DNA of 63,257 nt, counting the filler, from Octopus bimaculoides (taxonomy: Eukaryota): the NCBI RefSeq assembly GCF_001194135.2. It is 10 parts of 9 records of this genome, joined end to end, with 100 filler letters (N's around TTAATTAATTAA, not from the genome) between each part and the next. Parts side by side here need not be neighbours in the genome. Positions count along the whole stretch, not along the records: positions 48,427 to 59,035 come from NC_068996.1; positions 59,136 to 61,705 come from NW_026367175.1; positions 61,806 to 63,257 come from NC_069006.1; 7 more parts are not named here. One strand, written 5' to 3'. Numbering within the stretch: the stretch's first letter is position 1; every line of letters begins with the position of its first letter. A model generated the notes under the pieces. The model saw only the letters and a list, made by a program, of their open reading frames with translations. It was not told the DNA's origin and searched no databases. A program made the translations under genes and the position numbers. Shown here piece by piece: positions 51,922-63,257 of this stretch.

Positions 51922-52158
51922 ATAGGGTGCTGAAAAGTTCCTGACTTTGGGTAAAAGAAAATACAGGACGATCAAAAAAAAAAGCAGAACCTAAAGTTCC
52001 ACATGCAAAAACATGTTCAATATGTTTATTGAACATATTCTCCTCACAAATTCACACTTATTTCAGTGGTCCTTCAGTTTTTCTAAACCCTTTAAAAAGA
52101 ACTTGGAAGGTTGGACCTCCAACCAGGCCTTTCATAATAACCTTAAAGCCAGGAATTT
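51922..52158. mobile_element. Mariner-type non-autonomous element
   Basis: agggtgctgaaaagttcctgacttt left end; aaagccaggaattt partial right end. Confidence 0.55.
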
Positions 52159-52159
52159 A

Positions 52160-52445
52160 CATATAAATATAGTTCTGGGTTCAGTCCCACTGCTCGGCAC
52201 TTTGACAACTGTCTGCTACTCTAGCACTGGGCCCATTAAACTTTGTGAGTAGATTTGGTGGACAGAAACTGAAAGAAGACATCTGTATATATGTAAGTAT
52301 CTACGTGTGTATGCTTTTGTGTTTATGTTTGTTTCACACCACTGCCTAATGACCTGTGTTGATTTCTTCAATTAAAACCTTTCAAGGTGGTTACTTAGCA
52401 CGGCTACAGTTCAATGATTGAAACAAATAAAAGATAAAAGATACA
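52160..52445 (+). mobile_element. SINE family B, degraded
   Basis: gggttcagtcccactg...gatttggtggacagaaactgaaagaag...gattgaaacaaataaaagat. Confidence 0.8.
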
Positions 52446-52548
52446 TATTAACATGTGGATATATTAAGAGATGCTCTGTACATTTACTTCATGAAGTGAC
52501 TTTGAAAATATACGTTGTTCAATATATATACATATATATATATATTAC

Positions 52549-52654
52549 CTCTTTTTGAACAGAAAGAACTTGTTCAATTTCTGCAAGTTCTCTTCGTTTC
52601 TCCAAGAGACGTGTAGCTGGAGTGAGATGGTCATCTTCACCCTTCAGCATTTTA
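52549..52654 (-). CDS. CCDC42: CCDC42/CFAP73-family coiled-coil protein, coding exon 2
   Basis: (T)KMLKGEDDHLTPATRLLEKRRELAEIEQVLSVQKE; acceptor ttttcatag, donor GAG|gtaat; LTPATRLLEKRRE is characteristic of the family. Confidence 0.9.
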
Positions 52655-52860
52655 CTATGAAAAGGACAAAACAAAAAACACAAATATAAACAACAGTTTA
52701 TTGGTAAGAAATTTTAAAAATTTAATTTTCTTTTTTTTTTTAAATATATATATAACCTATTCAACAGTTTTTTTTTTCCTTTTTCATTACATTCTACCAT
52801 TAATTTTATAAAATGAATAATACTTTCAGATTTATTTTTTTAAACTATTAAAGTAAATAT

Positions 52861-54427
52861 CATCACCTTATCATTTAACATCCGTTTTCCATGTTGACAT
52901 GAGTTGGACAGTTCAAAAAGATCTGGCAAGCCAGAGAATTGTGCCAACTTCCAATGTCTGCTTTGGTATAGTTTTTTTTTTGGTTAGATATCATTCCTAA
53001 TGCTAACCATTTCACAGAGTGTACTGCATACCTTTTGCATAGTACCAGTACCAAGTAATTTGCAAAACAAGGTCTCTCGGCCAAGGAGGAGTAGCATTGA
53101 AGAAAGTGGCTTCATAGCAAGTGATGGGGTGGGGGTTAATGTATGATAGAGAGATAAGTACAGGTGTCTTGGATCGTCATCATCATTATTTAGCATCCAT
53201 TTGTCCATGCTGGCATGGGTTGGACAGTTTGACTGGGCTGGAATGCTGTGCTGCGATTATAATAAGACAAGTGTAATTACATTGTACTAATATTGTATTA
53301 TGTTCTACTTATTTAGTACTTATGAACATCATTCAGATTAAGTTGATGCTAAGTTGATAATTGCATCCTCTTTCTCCATTCTTCTCCAATCTACCTTGTT
53401 ATTGTTACCACTGCCATTGTTGTGACAACTTAACCACCACCACCACTACCACCACCACCACTGCTGTTGTTACCACCATCACCACCATTTTCATCACCAC
53501 CTTGCTTGCCACCTGTTGCTCTGGATCAGCTCCATCAATGTAGCTATTTGGCAATGGTTACAAACAGATAGGACTGTAGGTAACTGCTAACTATATTAGT
53601 AACAAAGGATTCTCATTTCCATATGAAAGGCAACTTGATTCCCCCCATCCTCATCCTAATCAACATCTACAACAAAAATGAGTGCTAGGTGAAAGGCCTT
53701 CTATGGATGAAGACTGAGAAAGATGCGAAAAGAAAAAGTAAAGCACACTTAGATCTTATGATGTTAGGCACCATGGATGAGATAATACTATATGGGTTGA
53801 GATGGGTGATAACATATCTGAATGGCAGATCTTTCTAACCCATTCTAACATAAAATTTAGGATACTGAAAACAATATTCACAATCTAGTTTCAAATAAAC
53901 CCTTGCATACATATTTTGAAATTAATTATTGTTACTGAAATATCAGAACAAGTAAACAGTTCACACCTGCTTTTTTTGTGTTTTGTTATTATATTTAAGG
54001 ACATTTTGAAATACTGTCAGAGTGAGCATTCGTTTGTTGAAATTATGTCTCTGTTTCTGCCTCGCTCTAACCTTTTCATCCTCTGATACAAGTTCCCTCT
54101 CCTCAAATGCCCCTGCACCTCTCATAATTCATTGTCTTGTGAGTTACTTGGAGACCCTTCCAGTGCTGGTGCCATGTAAAAAGCATCCAGTCCACATTGT
54201 AAAGTGGTTGGCATTTGGAAGGGCATCTAGCTGTAAAAATCATGCCAAAACTGGCTTCACCTGTACTTGTGCCACGTAAAAAGCACTCAGTCCGCTCTGC
54301 AGGGTGGTTGGTGTTAGGAAGCTGTAAAAACCCTGCCAAAACAGACAGAGTAGCATAGGGTAGTTTTTCTACCTGGTCAACTCCTGTGAACCTTCCTACT
54401 CATGGATGCATGGAAGATGGACATTAA

Positions 54428-54502
<75 letters not shown>

Positions 54503-55293
54503 CCAAAGCAAACATAGAATCTGGTGCAGACATTTGGCTCATCTGTTTTTGTGAAAATGTCCAATCCATGCTAGCATGGAAAAGATGTTAAATGCTGCTG
54601 CTGAGGATGATGATGACGATGACGTCTACAATGTCAATTACAAAATTTCACACTGAATTCAATTATTGATCACATTGGTCAATATCGGTGATCCAAGTTG
54701 TAAAAGTCTCATAATTGTTTTCATTTGTGTGTTTTTTTTCTTCTAGAGTTTTTCAACTTTGTGTTGTAATTTCAAAATTCACAAGGATCAGCTTTGCTTT
54801 TCGTTCTTTCTAGAATTGATAAAATAATCATCAGCCAAAATTACCTTGTACCAAACCACCATTATTGTCATCTGTCACACTAATTTCACTCTTTCCCACT
54901 TACCTACCCACCCACCTTTTCCATTCTTCTATTCCTACTCTTTCCCTCGCATTCACTTTGTACATTGACTTCACATCTCTCTCTCTCTCTCTTTCCAGAT
55001 GGGGAAACCATGCATTCATATCTTCAACGAGGCACTTGCTCTAGTCCTTCCATATTTTCATATCTCTCAATACCATATACTCTATTCATTTGAGGGATCC
55101 AGCTATGGAAAAAATATTCAGTACACTCTATAAAGTGGCTGGCATTAGAAAGGGCATCCAACTACAGATATTGGAGCTCAGAGCAGTTCTCTGACTTATT
55201 GGTTCATGTCAAATCATCCAACACCATGCTAGCATTGAGTTGAACGATTCTAATCCATGCCAGCGTGATGATGATGATGATGATGATGATGAC
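52861..55293. mobile_element. Cluster of five family C SINE pieces: 52861-53085(-), 53170-53250(-), 54155-54500(+), 54503-54625(+), 55115-55293(+)
   Basis: Shared catgctagcatggaa/gacattaaatgatgatg tail and gaagggcatccagctg core. Confidence 0.8.
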
Positions 55294-56023
55294 TACACTG
55301 CCTAAAGAAAAATCTCTCACAATTGATTAGCTAACATTCACTCACCAATATGCAATAATTACTAGCTTAGAGATAAAGTGTATCTCCTACCATTACTATA
55401 ACAGTTTTGGCTTCTTTGAATGAATAAGCTGCCTCTCCATTTCTGTCATCTTCCGTACGATTTGTCACATCAAAATTTTATCTTAAAAACACTTATCCCC
55501 AATTCTTCTTGTCCACATTTTCCATGTAGATACCAACCAATAGAAAAGTTTAAACAGAACTTGATTTGTTTCAGTCTCACCAGTTGAGAAAGATCCGCAG
55601 AGAAACACGAGAGGAGAATGCATTTTCTTATCCTCCCAACTAAAGAAACAAAACAAGAGTATACAGATGACTGATCGATAACGCCTCTTGATAGCAGGAA
55701 TTCAGAATGAGATGTTACTGGTTTTGACTTTTTACTTGAGAGTGAGGGAAGAAAAAGTTGCGTTACAGTTTAGGCTGTAGACAGGTAATTAATACTGATC
55801 ATCATCGGTTTTCTTTCATTCGGAATTTTATTCTATGAAATATATATATTTTTGACTCCCAAGCACACATTCTTGGTAATGTGTGTGCACGCGTGCGTTT
55901 TCTCCTTTCATATGAGGATACGAGTGTTTTCCCATACATATCTCTCGCCGACTGAGGAAGTGGGTCGAGTAAGGAAATAATTCATACTGGAAAGTTCTCA
56001 GACGACCAAGAGTTAAGTAAAGG

Positions 56024-56192
56024 TTGGTAATTTTTCAGATTAACACCCGCACGATCTTCACTAGGGTGTTAGGATTACGATTAGGGACGGAATTCCCTAA
56101 CCCAAACCCTAAAACCCTAACCCTGACCCTAAAACCCTAACCGTAACACCCTAGTGAAGATCGTGCGGGTGTTAATCTGAAAAAATTACCAA
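56024..56192. mobile_element. Fold-back MITE-like element with ~48-bp inverted termini and telomere-like core
   Basis: 56024-56071 is the reverse complement of 56144-56192 (1-nt indel); core has ccctaa-like units. Confidence 0.8.
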
Positions 56193-56669
56193 AGATAAAT
56201 CAAGAAATCGTAACGTTTTATCGACACCGTACAAAATAGTTTGGTGACTGCTGCCACACAGTTGAAGGCCTCGTTCGGCAAGCACTTTCCATGAAGAGTA
56301 ATTATTTCTAAGATATTTTAGTGACAATAAGTGGCATGATGTAAACTCATGCCTTTTGGTGACCAGTGAGTGGATGTTGAAATTGTTCAGGCTGGGAATC
56401 GAAGGACGCTGATTTCTTTGATCAATATATTTTACTTTTATCGTCACAATTTACACAATCAATAAATTTATCGACACCCCAAAGAATAAACCACAATAAC
56501 AATTATATATATANNNNNNNNNNNNNNATATATATATGATAAGCAAAACGTTGACAAGTGTAGAACTAAAACCAATACGAGTGATTGATAGAAATACAAG
56601 TTTGTAAACAAAAGCAAAATGAAAAATAAAGCTTATCGAAAATTATCGTAAAGCTACATATGCACTTAC

Positions 56670-56722
56670 AAGAGAAGTTTATTCTCAAAGGTGGTTTTAA
56701 AATATTCTTCTAGATTCATCAT
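56670..56722 (-). CDS. CCDC42: CCDC42/CFAP73-family protein, coding exon 1
   Basis: MMNLEEYFKTTFENKLL + TT, donor GTAAGT; phase 2 joins exon 2 in frame (TT|T = Phe); resembles family N-terminus NLEDYFRTTFEDKLL. Confidence 0.88.
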
Positions 56723-56780
56723 ATTTGCGATTTTTTTTTCCGACGGGTTCAGTAGGAATGCAATCAAATTATGTTTAGTG

Positions 56781-56793
56781 GTTTCTTAGCAAC
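56781..56793. promoter_or_regulatory. RFX X-box (GTTTCTTAGCAAC), with adjacent E-box CACGTG at 56797-56802
   Basis: Good match to the RFX consensus ~60 nt upstream of the ATG of a ciliary gene. Confidence 0.65.
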
Positions 56794-57388
56794 GATCACG
56801 TGCTCCGCTCAGAAACTAATAAACGTTTGTTTATTTTGCCGCTCTCAGCTCCATCTCTTGCTGTCCTATCTATTCACAATCATTTAGAAACCCTCAAATA
56901 TTACATTAACCATCGTAATTTATTTTATGGAAATCTTTAGAGGCTAACGAAAAATATAAGGCGCTTGTACACTTTCATACCCCCGCCCATTTTTAAATAT
57001 CAAAGTTTTGGACTACTTTTCTACTTCTAGCCAAGGGAGAGTTCGACAAAACTATTATTAGAATTTTTAATATTCATTACTGGATTTATTAATATAAACA
57101 AACATCGCAATTTTATATATTAGACTAAGGACAAATGTGTGATAATTTTAAAATTATCAAAATATTAATAAATGTTATCACAGAATTCAACAAAAATAGT
57201 AATTTTTTATTTCGACTTCAAAGGCTAATTACATGCATTATAAAATGAGTGACAGTAAGTTTTAACGTCGGTTGCCAAGCAGGTGCGAATTTCACTAAAT
57301 ATCGTTTTTGGTGATTGGAATACTTTTGGAAAGTACTATAGATGAAATAACCAGTATCAAAGCACCCACGTGTGTTTATTTACATCAC

Positions 57389-57886
57389 ATCGGCCTTTTC
57401 CGTAAAAAATGTTGGAGAGAAAGAAGGAAACGACGTCGTAAAAGCGACAGAGATAGAGAGAGCGTGATTTCTTTTGAAGTTGGCATGTGTGTGTGTGTGT
57501 AATGTTGCTGGTGTGTGTATGTGAGAGAGAGAGAGAGAGAGAGAAAGAAAGAAAGAGAGAGAGATAACTGAAATTATTTTTATTTCCTTTTTATAGTGAG
57601 TATGCGAGACAGAGTGTGGTGAAGTTCTTTTGTTAGTGTGAGAGAGAGAGGTTATGTATGTATGTATGGCTATAGTGACACACATAGACACACGCACGCA
57701 GGTTATGTATGTGTGCGTGTGAATGGATTCAGTGACACACACACACATACGTACACCTATTGCATACATTTTTTTTTGTACATACGTACATGTGCATGTA
57801 AGGGAGGGAGAGAGAGAAAGAGAAAGTGTTTTTTTGTTTTTGCTTGTATGTTTATTTCAGTTATCTCTCTCACTTTTTTTCTTTCT

Positions 57887-57926
<40 letters not shown>

Positions 57927-58023
57927 TGCCAACTTCAAAAGAAATCGCGCTCTCTCTATCTCTTTCGCTCATACGACATCGTTTCCCTCTTTCCCTCCAA
58001 CACTTCTTACGGAAAAGGCCGAT
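57389..58023. mobile_element. Fold-back element with ~180-bp inverted arms
   Basis: atcggccttttccgtaa...gagataactgaaa mirrored by tttcagttatctc...ttacggaaaaggccgat. Confidence 0.8.
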
Positions 58024-58060
58024 CTTTGGTACTGCTATCGTAAGATCGCCGAAATAATCT

Positions 58061-58270
58061 TTTCTACTCTAGGCGCAAGGCCCGAAATTTTGGGGGATGG
58101 GGGCCAGTCGATAAGATCGATCCCAGAACGCAACTGGTACTTTATTTATCGATCCTGAAAGGATGAAAGGCAAAGTCGACCTCGGCGTAATTTGAACTCA
58201 GAACGTAAAGACAGACGAAACACCGTTAAGCATTTCGCCCGGCATGCTAACGTTTCTGCCAACTCACCGC
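58061..58270 (-). mobile_element. SINE family A, full length, with TSD tcgc(c/t)gaaataat
   Basis: Reverse complement of the 20695-20911 family; flanking 13-bp direct repeat. Confidence 0.9.
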
Positions 58271-58856
58271 TTTACTATCGCTGAAATAATGCAAAAGCAT
58301 ATTACCAGTGTGCACGCACACTGACATTTACAGTTCTTTGCTTAAGAAAAACAACTACACAAGAGCTGTTGATGAAATTAGCTACAAGTTAGTCAGGATT
58401 CCAGGATAACATAGAGAAGAGTTTTCTCAAATTATTATCACATCAAAAACGAGAGAATATTATAATAAACTGAAAACAGAAAAGATGAAGTGTTCTTCAT
58501 TTATTGTTTTACGTTGCTACCTACTTTAATTTGCGTTTATTCGCTGATATTCTCCTGCAGTTTCTGAGTCAAGTGAACCACTTTTAATGTTTATTTCACC
58601 TTTAAAATGTCTCGCTTCTCTAGCAGTAAACACCCTTGATATATTGTTGATTAAGTACATACGTACTTAACGCATGGATGGCTGTATGTAAACACACATA
58701 CAATGACTTTGTTTCTTCATAACTTTCAGACAAATGGATATATTTTAAGTACATTTCAGATGATGCAGATAGCAATTATATCGGAATTTGTGCAAAATAA
58801 AAATAAAAAAATAATGGAGGGCTCGTACACATGCACATATATATATATATATATAT

Positions 58857-59035
58857 CATCATCATCATCGTTTAACGTCCGCCTTCCATGTTAGCATGGG
58901 TTGGACGATTTGACTGAGGACTGGTGAAACCGGATGGCAACACCAGGCTCCAATCTAATTTGGCAGAGTTTCTACAGCTGGATGCCCTTCCTAACGCCAA
59001 CCACTCAGAGAGTGTAGTGGGTGCTTTTACGTGTC
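58857..59035 (-). mobile_element. SINE family C, truncated by the gap
   Basis: Near-perfect reverse complement of 48575-48750. Confidence 0.9.
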
Positions 59036-60249
59036 NNNNNNNNNNNNNNNNNNNNNNNNNNNNNNNNNNNNNNNNNNNNTTAATTAATTAANNNNNNNNN
59101 NNNNNNNNNNNNNNNNNNNNNNNNNNNNNNNNNNNGTAGAGTTCAATATCACCCAGAGTCTGCACCAAGGGGTCTTATGAAAATGTTTCACTTTTTTTTT
59201 TTCTATCTCACAGGGACTGACAAACAATTATATATATGGAACATAAAACGATTATATATGTATATATACTCATTTACTTGATTACATTACTATATATTTA
59301 GATTGTACAACATTTAAGTATGATAATTTAGTGTCTACAATGTTTAAATATGATTACGTACTATATATTTAGATTCTTTTTACTTTTTGTTTTCGTTTGT
59401 ACAAAAATATAAAGACTCTCACCTGCTTTGCAGGTTTGAACCCAGGACAAGAGACTTCAGACTATTCTCTCAACCTCTACCTCTACCTCTACCTCTACCA
59501 CCACTCCATCATGTCTCCACAATAATTGAGGTCTGAATTGATCTACTTTAACCTATAATTTCGGCCAATTAAAAAAAACCCAGATTTTCCCAGCATGCAT
59601 TGCTAGATTTAAATATTATAGATTTAAGTATCTCATTTTTGACAGTAATTATTGTGTGAGACTTGGTGGACAGGTAGTAAAGGTGGGTGTAGATGAGCCA
59701 TGTGAGGAGGACATTCTGAAGTGTCCTGCCTGGGGTTCAAGCCTAGTTCGGATAACAGGAAGAAAGTATTTTTTTTTCTTTTGACGTATGAATATTTAGT
59801 TTGTACAATGTTTAAATATGATTAGTTTCTAAGTATGATTACTTACTGTTAGTAAATGAAATGTGTGTATAAGTAATAACAAACAGACATTGTCTTTTAA
59901 CTCTTTATTGACACATTAATATTGTCATCGTCTTGTGTTTTCTTATATTCAGAGCCAGGAACTTATCAATTTGAAGCTAACTTCTTTGTCCAGTCCTCCA
60001 GAGTAACTGCTTGGTTTCTGGAGGAGAAGAAGAAGAATATAAGAAAGAAACCAAGAAGACGTCTTGTATGTGTATTTTGTTGATGAAAATAAATTAATAA
60101 AAAGTGTGTCTATTGTATTTAATTGTGTATGTTTGTTTATAAACAGATATACACTTATATCTGTGTAAGTATATATGTATACATATGTACAAGAAATCAA
60201 TTAAATAAAAATTGGTAATAATAATGATGTTATTGTCTGTGTATATATA

Positions 60250-60890
60250 CTAGCAGAGGCACCCGGCGTTGCTCGGGAATGAAATTGTTACTTATATACT
60301 CGAAGAAAAAAAGGCAAAATATTGCTGTATAGAAATTTGAGGACATTCTGTAGATGGACTCTCAGATGAATGATGGTTGGGCGCCTCTCATGAATGGGGA
60401 AAATTGAAGATGTGTCAAAAAGCCTCATTAGTACTTGGAAACTTTTACGAAAATTAAAATGGGGATTAAATGAATAAAATGATTTACGTGAATATCCGAT
60501 TGTGGAACCCCCCACGCATGCGCGCGCATACACACGTGTGTCTTTGTAAATATGTTTGTATACATTTATGTATGTGTGTGTTTGTAAGAGACAGAGTGTG
60601 AGTGAGTCAAGGGATGTGTGTGAGAGAGCGGTGTGTATGTAGTATTTACTCTCTCTCTGTCTCATATACACTCACACACAAAATAGAGAGTGAAGCTTTT
60701 TGCCGTTGTTACGTCAATACCGGAAGTTGACATTGAGGAACCTTTTTAAAGAAGTGAATCTTAAATATAAAGCAATATTATTTATTTTTAATTAAAAAAA
60801 TCAAATGAAGAGCCTAAGATTTATCCGAGGTCAAATTATTCATGCATGACAAGTATGGAAGCATTTGGTGAAGTCGATTTCACGCAATTA
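60250..60890 (-). mobile_element. Helitron-like non-autonomous element (3' terminus clear, 5' end unclear)
   Basis: Minus strand reads cccgagcaacgccggg hairpin, short spacer, CTAG|T. Confidence 0.6.
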
Positions 60891-61110
60891 ATTTAGTTTC
60901 TACAATGTTTAAGTATGATAATTTAAGGATTACATACTATACATTTAGTTTCTACAACATTTAAGTATGATAATTTAGTTTCTACAATGTTTAAATATGA
61001 TAGTTTAGTGTCTACAATGTTTAAATATGATTACATACTATACATTTAGTTTCTACAACATTTAAGTATGATAATTTAGTTTCTACAATGTTTAAATATG
61101 ATTACAGTAA
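60890..61110. repeat. ~29-bp minisatellite (taatttagtttctacaatgtttaaatatga); related units at 59280-59380 and 59795-59850
   Basis: Direct reading. Confidence 0.85.
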
Positions 61111-61188
61111 TGTATGTGTATATATTATGAATCGAGTAATGTATGTGCTTGTGCATATATTATGAATATGTATCTATGAACATCAATT

Positions 61189-61220
<32 letters not shown>

Positions 61221-61454
61221 AGAGTGTGCCTACCTTTCCATGTCTTCCTCATCACCTCTTCTTCCGCAGGCTCATGGGTTGGATAGGTTTGTCTGAAGCA
61301 GTGTTGTATAATCCGGGATCCCTCGTATCACTTACCCCTTTTTCACAGCACATGACAGAAACACTGCGACAACTTTGAAACCGAGAGATGCACGTGGAAT
61401 CATACACAAACAATTATATATATATATGAAACATAAAACGATTATATATGTATA

Positions 61455-61590
61455 TATACTCTTTTACTTGTTTCAGTCTTTCTTTTGACTGGCCATGCTG
61501 GAGCACCCCAGGACTTATTCTATCGGTCTGTTTTGCCGAAGCGCTAAGTTATGGGGGGACATAAACACACCAGCATCGGTTGTCAATGAT
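61455..61590 (-). mobile_element. SINE family B 3' end
   Basis: ttttacttgtttcagtc...gactggccatgctggagcacc...ttattctatcggtc. Confidence 0.8.
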
Positions 61591-61805
61591 CCTCCCCCTA
61601 CTGACCTGAAACTGAGACCCATCATTGCTGGCCCTGTTTGTGAAACCCACCGTTTAAAGATATATATATAAATATATATATATACATAAATATATATATA
61701 TATATNNNNNNNNNNNNNNNNNNNNNNNNNNNNNNNNNNNNNNNNNNNNTTAATTAATTAANNNNNNNNNNNNNNNNNNNNNNNNNNNNNNNNNNNNNNN
61801 NNNNN

Positions 61806-63257
61806 TCTTTGCTCGTTTGTTCGGTACGTTCGTTTGTTTATTCGTACGTACGTTCGTTCGTTCGTTCGCACGTACGTACGCTCTATCGTTCGTACGTACT
61901 TACGTTCCTACGTTCGTTCCTTCTTACGTCTGAACGTACGTACAAACGTACCACCTTTTGTTCGTTGCTTCGTTCTTTCGTTCGTTCGTTTGTTCGTACG
62001 TGCGCATGTACGTACGCACACACGTACGTACGTTTGAACGCACGTCGTACGCACATACGAACGTCATACGTACGTACGTTCGTTTGTTCGGTCGTTCATA
62101 CGTACCTTCGTTAGTTCTGTCGTTCTTTCGTTAGTTCGTTCGTTCGTACGTACGTTAGTTCGTTCGATCGATTTTTTCCTCGTCCGTACGTACATAAGTA
62201 CGTACGTTCGTTCGTTCTTTTCTCGTTCTGTCGTTCGTTCGTTCGTTCGTTCGTTCATTCGTACATACGAACCTACGTACGTACGTTCGCTCGTTCGTCC
62301 GTTCTTTTGTACGTACGTTTGTTCGGTAATTCTTTCGTTCGATCATTCGATCGTTCTTTTGTTCGTCTGTTCGTTCGAACGTGAGTTCTTTCGTTCGTTC
62401 GTTCCTTAATTTCGTTCGTTTAGTCGTTCGTACGTACATACGTTAATTCATTTGTTCGCTCGTTCGATCGTTCCTACGTACGGATGTATGTACATACGTT
62501 CGTTCGTTCGTTCGTTCGTTCGTTCGTACGTACGTTCGTTCGTTTGTTTGAGCTTTCTTTCGTACGCAAGTGCGTACGTTCGTTCATTCTAATGTACGTA
62601 CTACGTTCTTACGTACGTTCGTTCGTTCTTTTGTTCGTTCGTACGTGCGTTCGTTCGTTTTTTGTACGTATGTATACACGTTCCTTCGTTTGCTCGATCG
62701 TACGTACGTACGTTAGTTTGTTCGTTCGTTGGTTCATTTTTGCGTTAGTTCGTTCGTTCGTAGGTACGTACGTATGTACGTTCGTTTGTTTATTCGTCCG
62801 TACTTACTTAGGTACGTACTTACGTACGATCGTTCGTTCGTACGTACGTACTTATCTACGTTCGTTCGTTCACACGTGCGTACGCTCGATCATTTGTACG
62901 TACTTACGTTCCTACGTTCGTTTCTTCTTACGTATGAACGTACGTACAAACGTACCACCTTTTGTTCCTTGCTTCGTTTTTTCGTTCGTTCGTTCGTTTG
63001 ATCGTACGTGCGCATGTACGTTCGCACACACGTACGTACGCAGGTACGCACGTCGTACGCACATACGCACGTCATACGTACGTACGTTCGTTCTTATGTT
63101 CGTTCGTACGTACCTGCGTTCGGACATACGTTGCTTCGTTCGCTCGATCGTACGTACGTTTGTTTGTTCATTCGTTGGTTCATTCTTTCGTTAGTTCGGT
63201 CGTTCGTTCGTTCGTTCGTTCGTTCCATCGTTACTTTCTTCGTACGTTCGTTCGTTC
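61806..63257. repeat. CpG-rich (TTCG/TACG)n-derived satellite with ~1.0-kb higher-order period
   Basis: Unique marker gtaccaccttttg recurs at ~61948 and ~62952. Confidence 0.88.

Noticed and set aside
53880-53940. Minus-strand YVCKGLFETR as CCDC42 exon 1
   Set aside because: In-frame stop upstream and no ATG; the real exon 1 at 56670-56722 fits much better.
56085-56143. True telomere or chromosome end
   Set aside because: Short, degenerate and enclosed by an inverted repeat inside an intron.
62484-63194. 236-aa VRSF-repeat ORF
   Set aside because: A product of the stop-poor (TTCG/TACG)n satellite.

Overview
AT-rich, repeat-dense metazoan DNA. The SINE types and microsatellite load suggest a cephalopod such as Octopus; this is an inference, not a database result. 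The window is gapped, and nine 100-nt gaps carry a synthetic TTAATTAATTAA six-frame-stop linker, so adjacency across them is uncertain. The only gene I recognise with confidence is the first two coding exons of a CCDC42/CFAP73-family ciliary coiled-coil gene on the minus strand (56722-56670, 52654-52549), with an RFX X-box just upstream. Two weaker exon candidates are a signal-peptide exon at 41.8 kb (-) and a start exon at 21.8 kb (+). The rest is decayed transposons (mariner/Tc1, R4/Dong-like, CR1, RTE, L1/Tx1, Penelope-like, Helitron, hAT and piggyBac MITEs), several tRNA-derived SINE families and simple repeats. The top observation is a ~525-bp head-to-head palindrome at 23.4-23.9 kb. Each arm is a tRNA-like head, an (ATA)n linker and a minimal type-I hammerhead ribozyme of the Penelope kind, i.e. 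a candidate SINE/retrozyme hybrid. A second hammerhead family lies at 32.6 kb. Repeat boundaries are approximate (read by eye).
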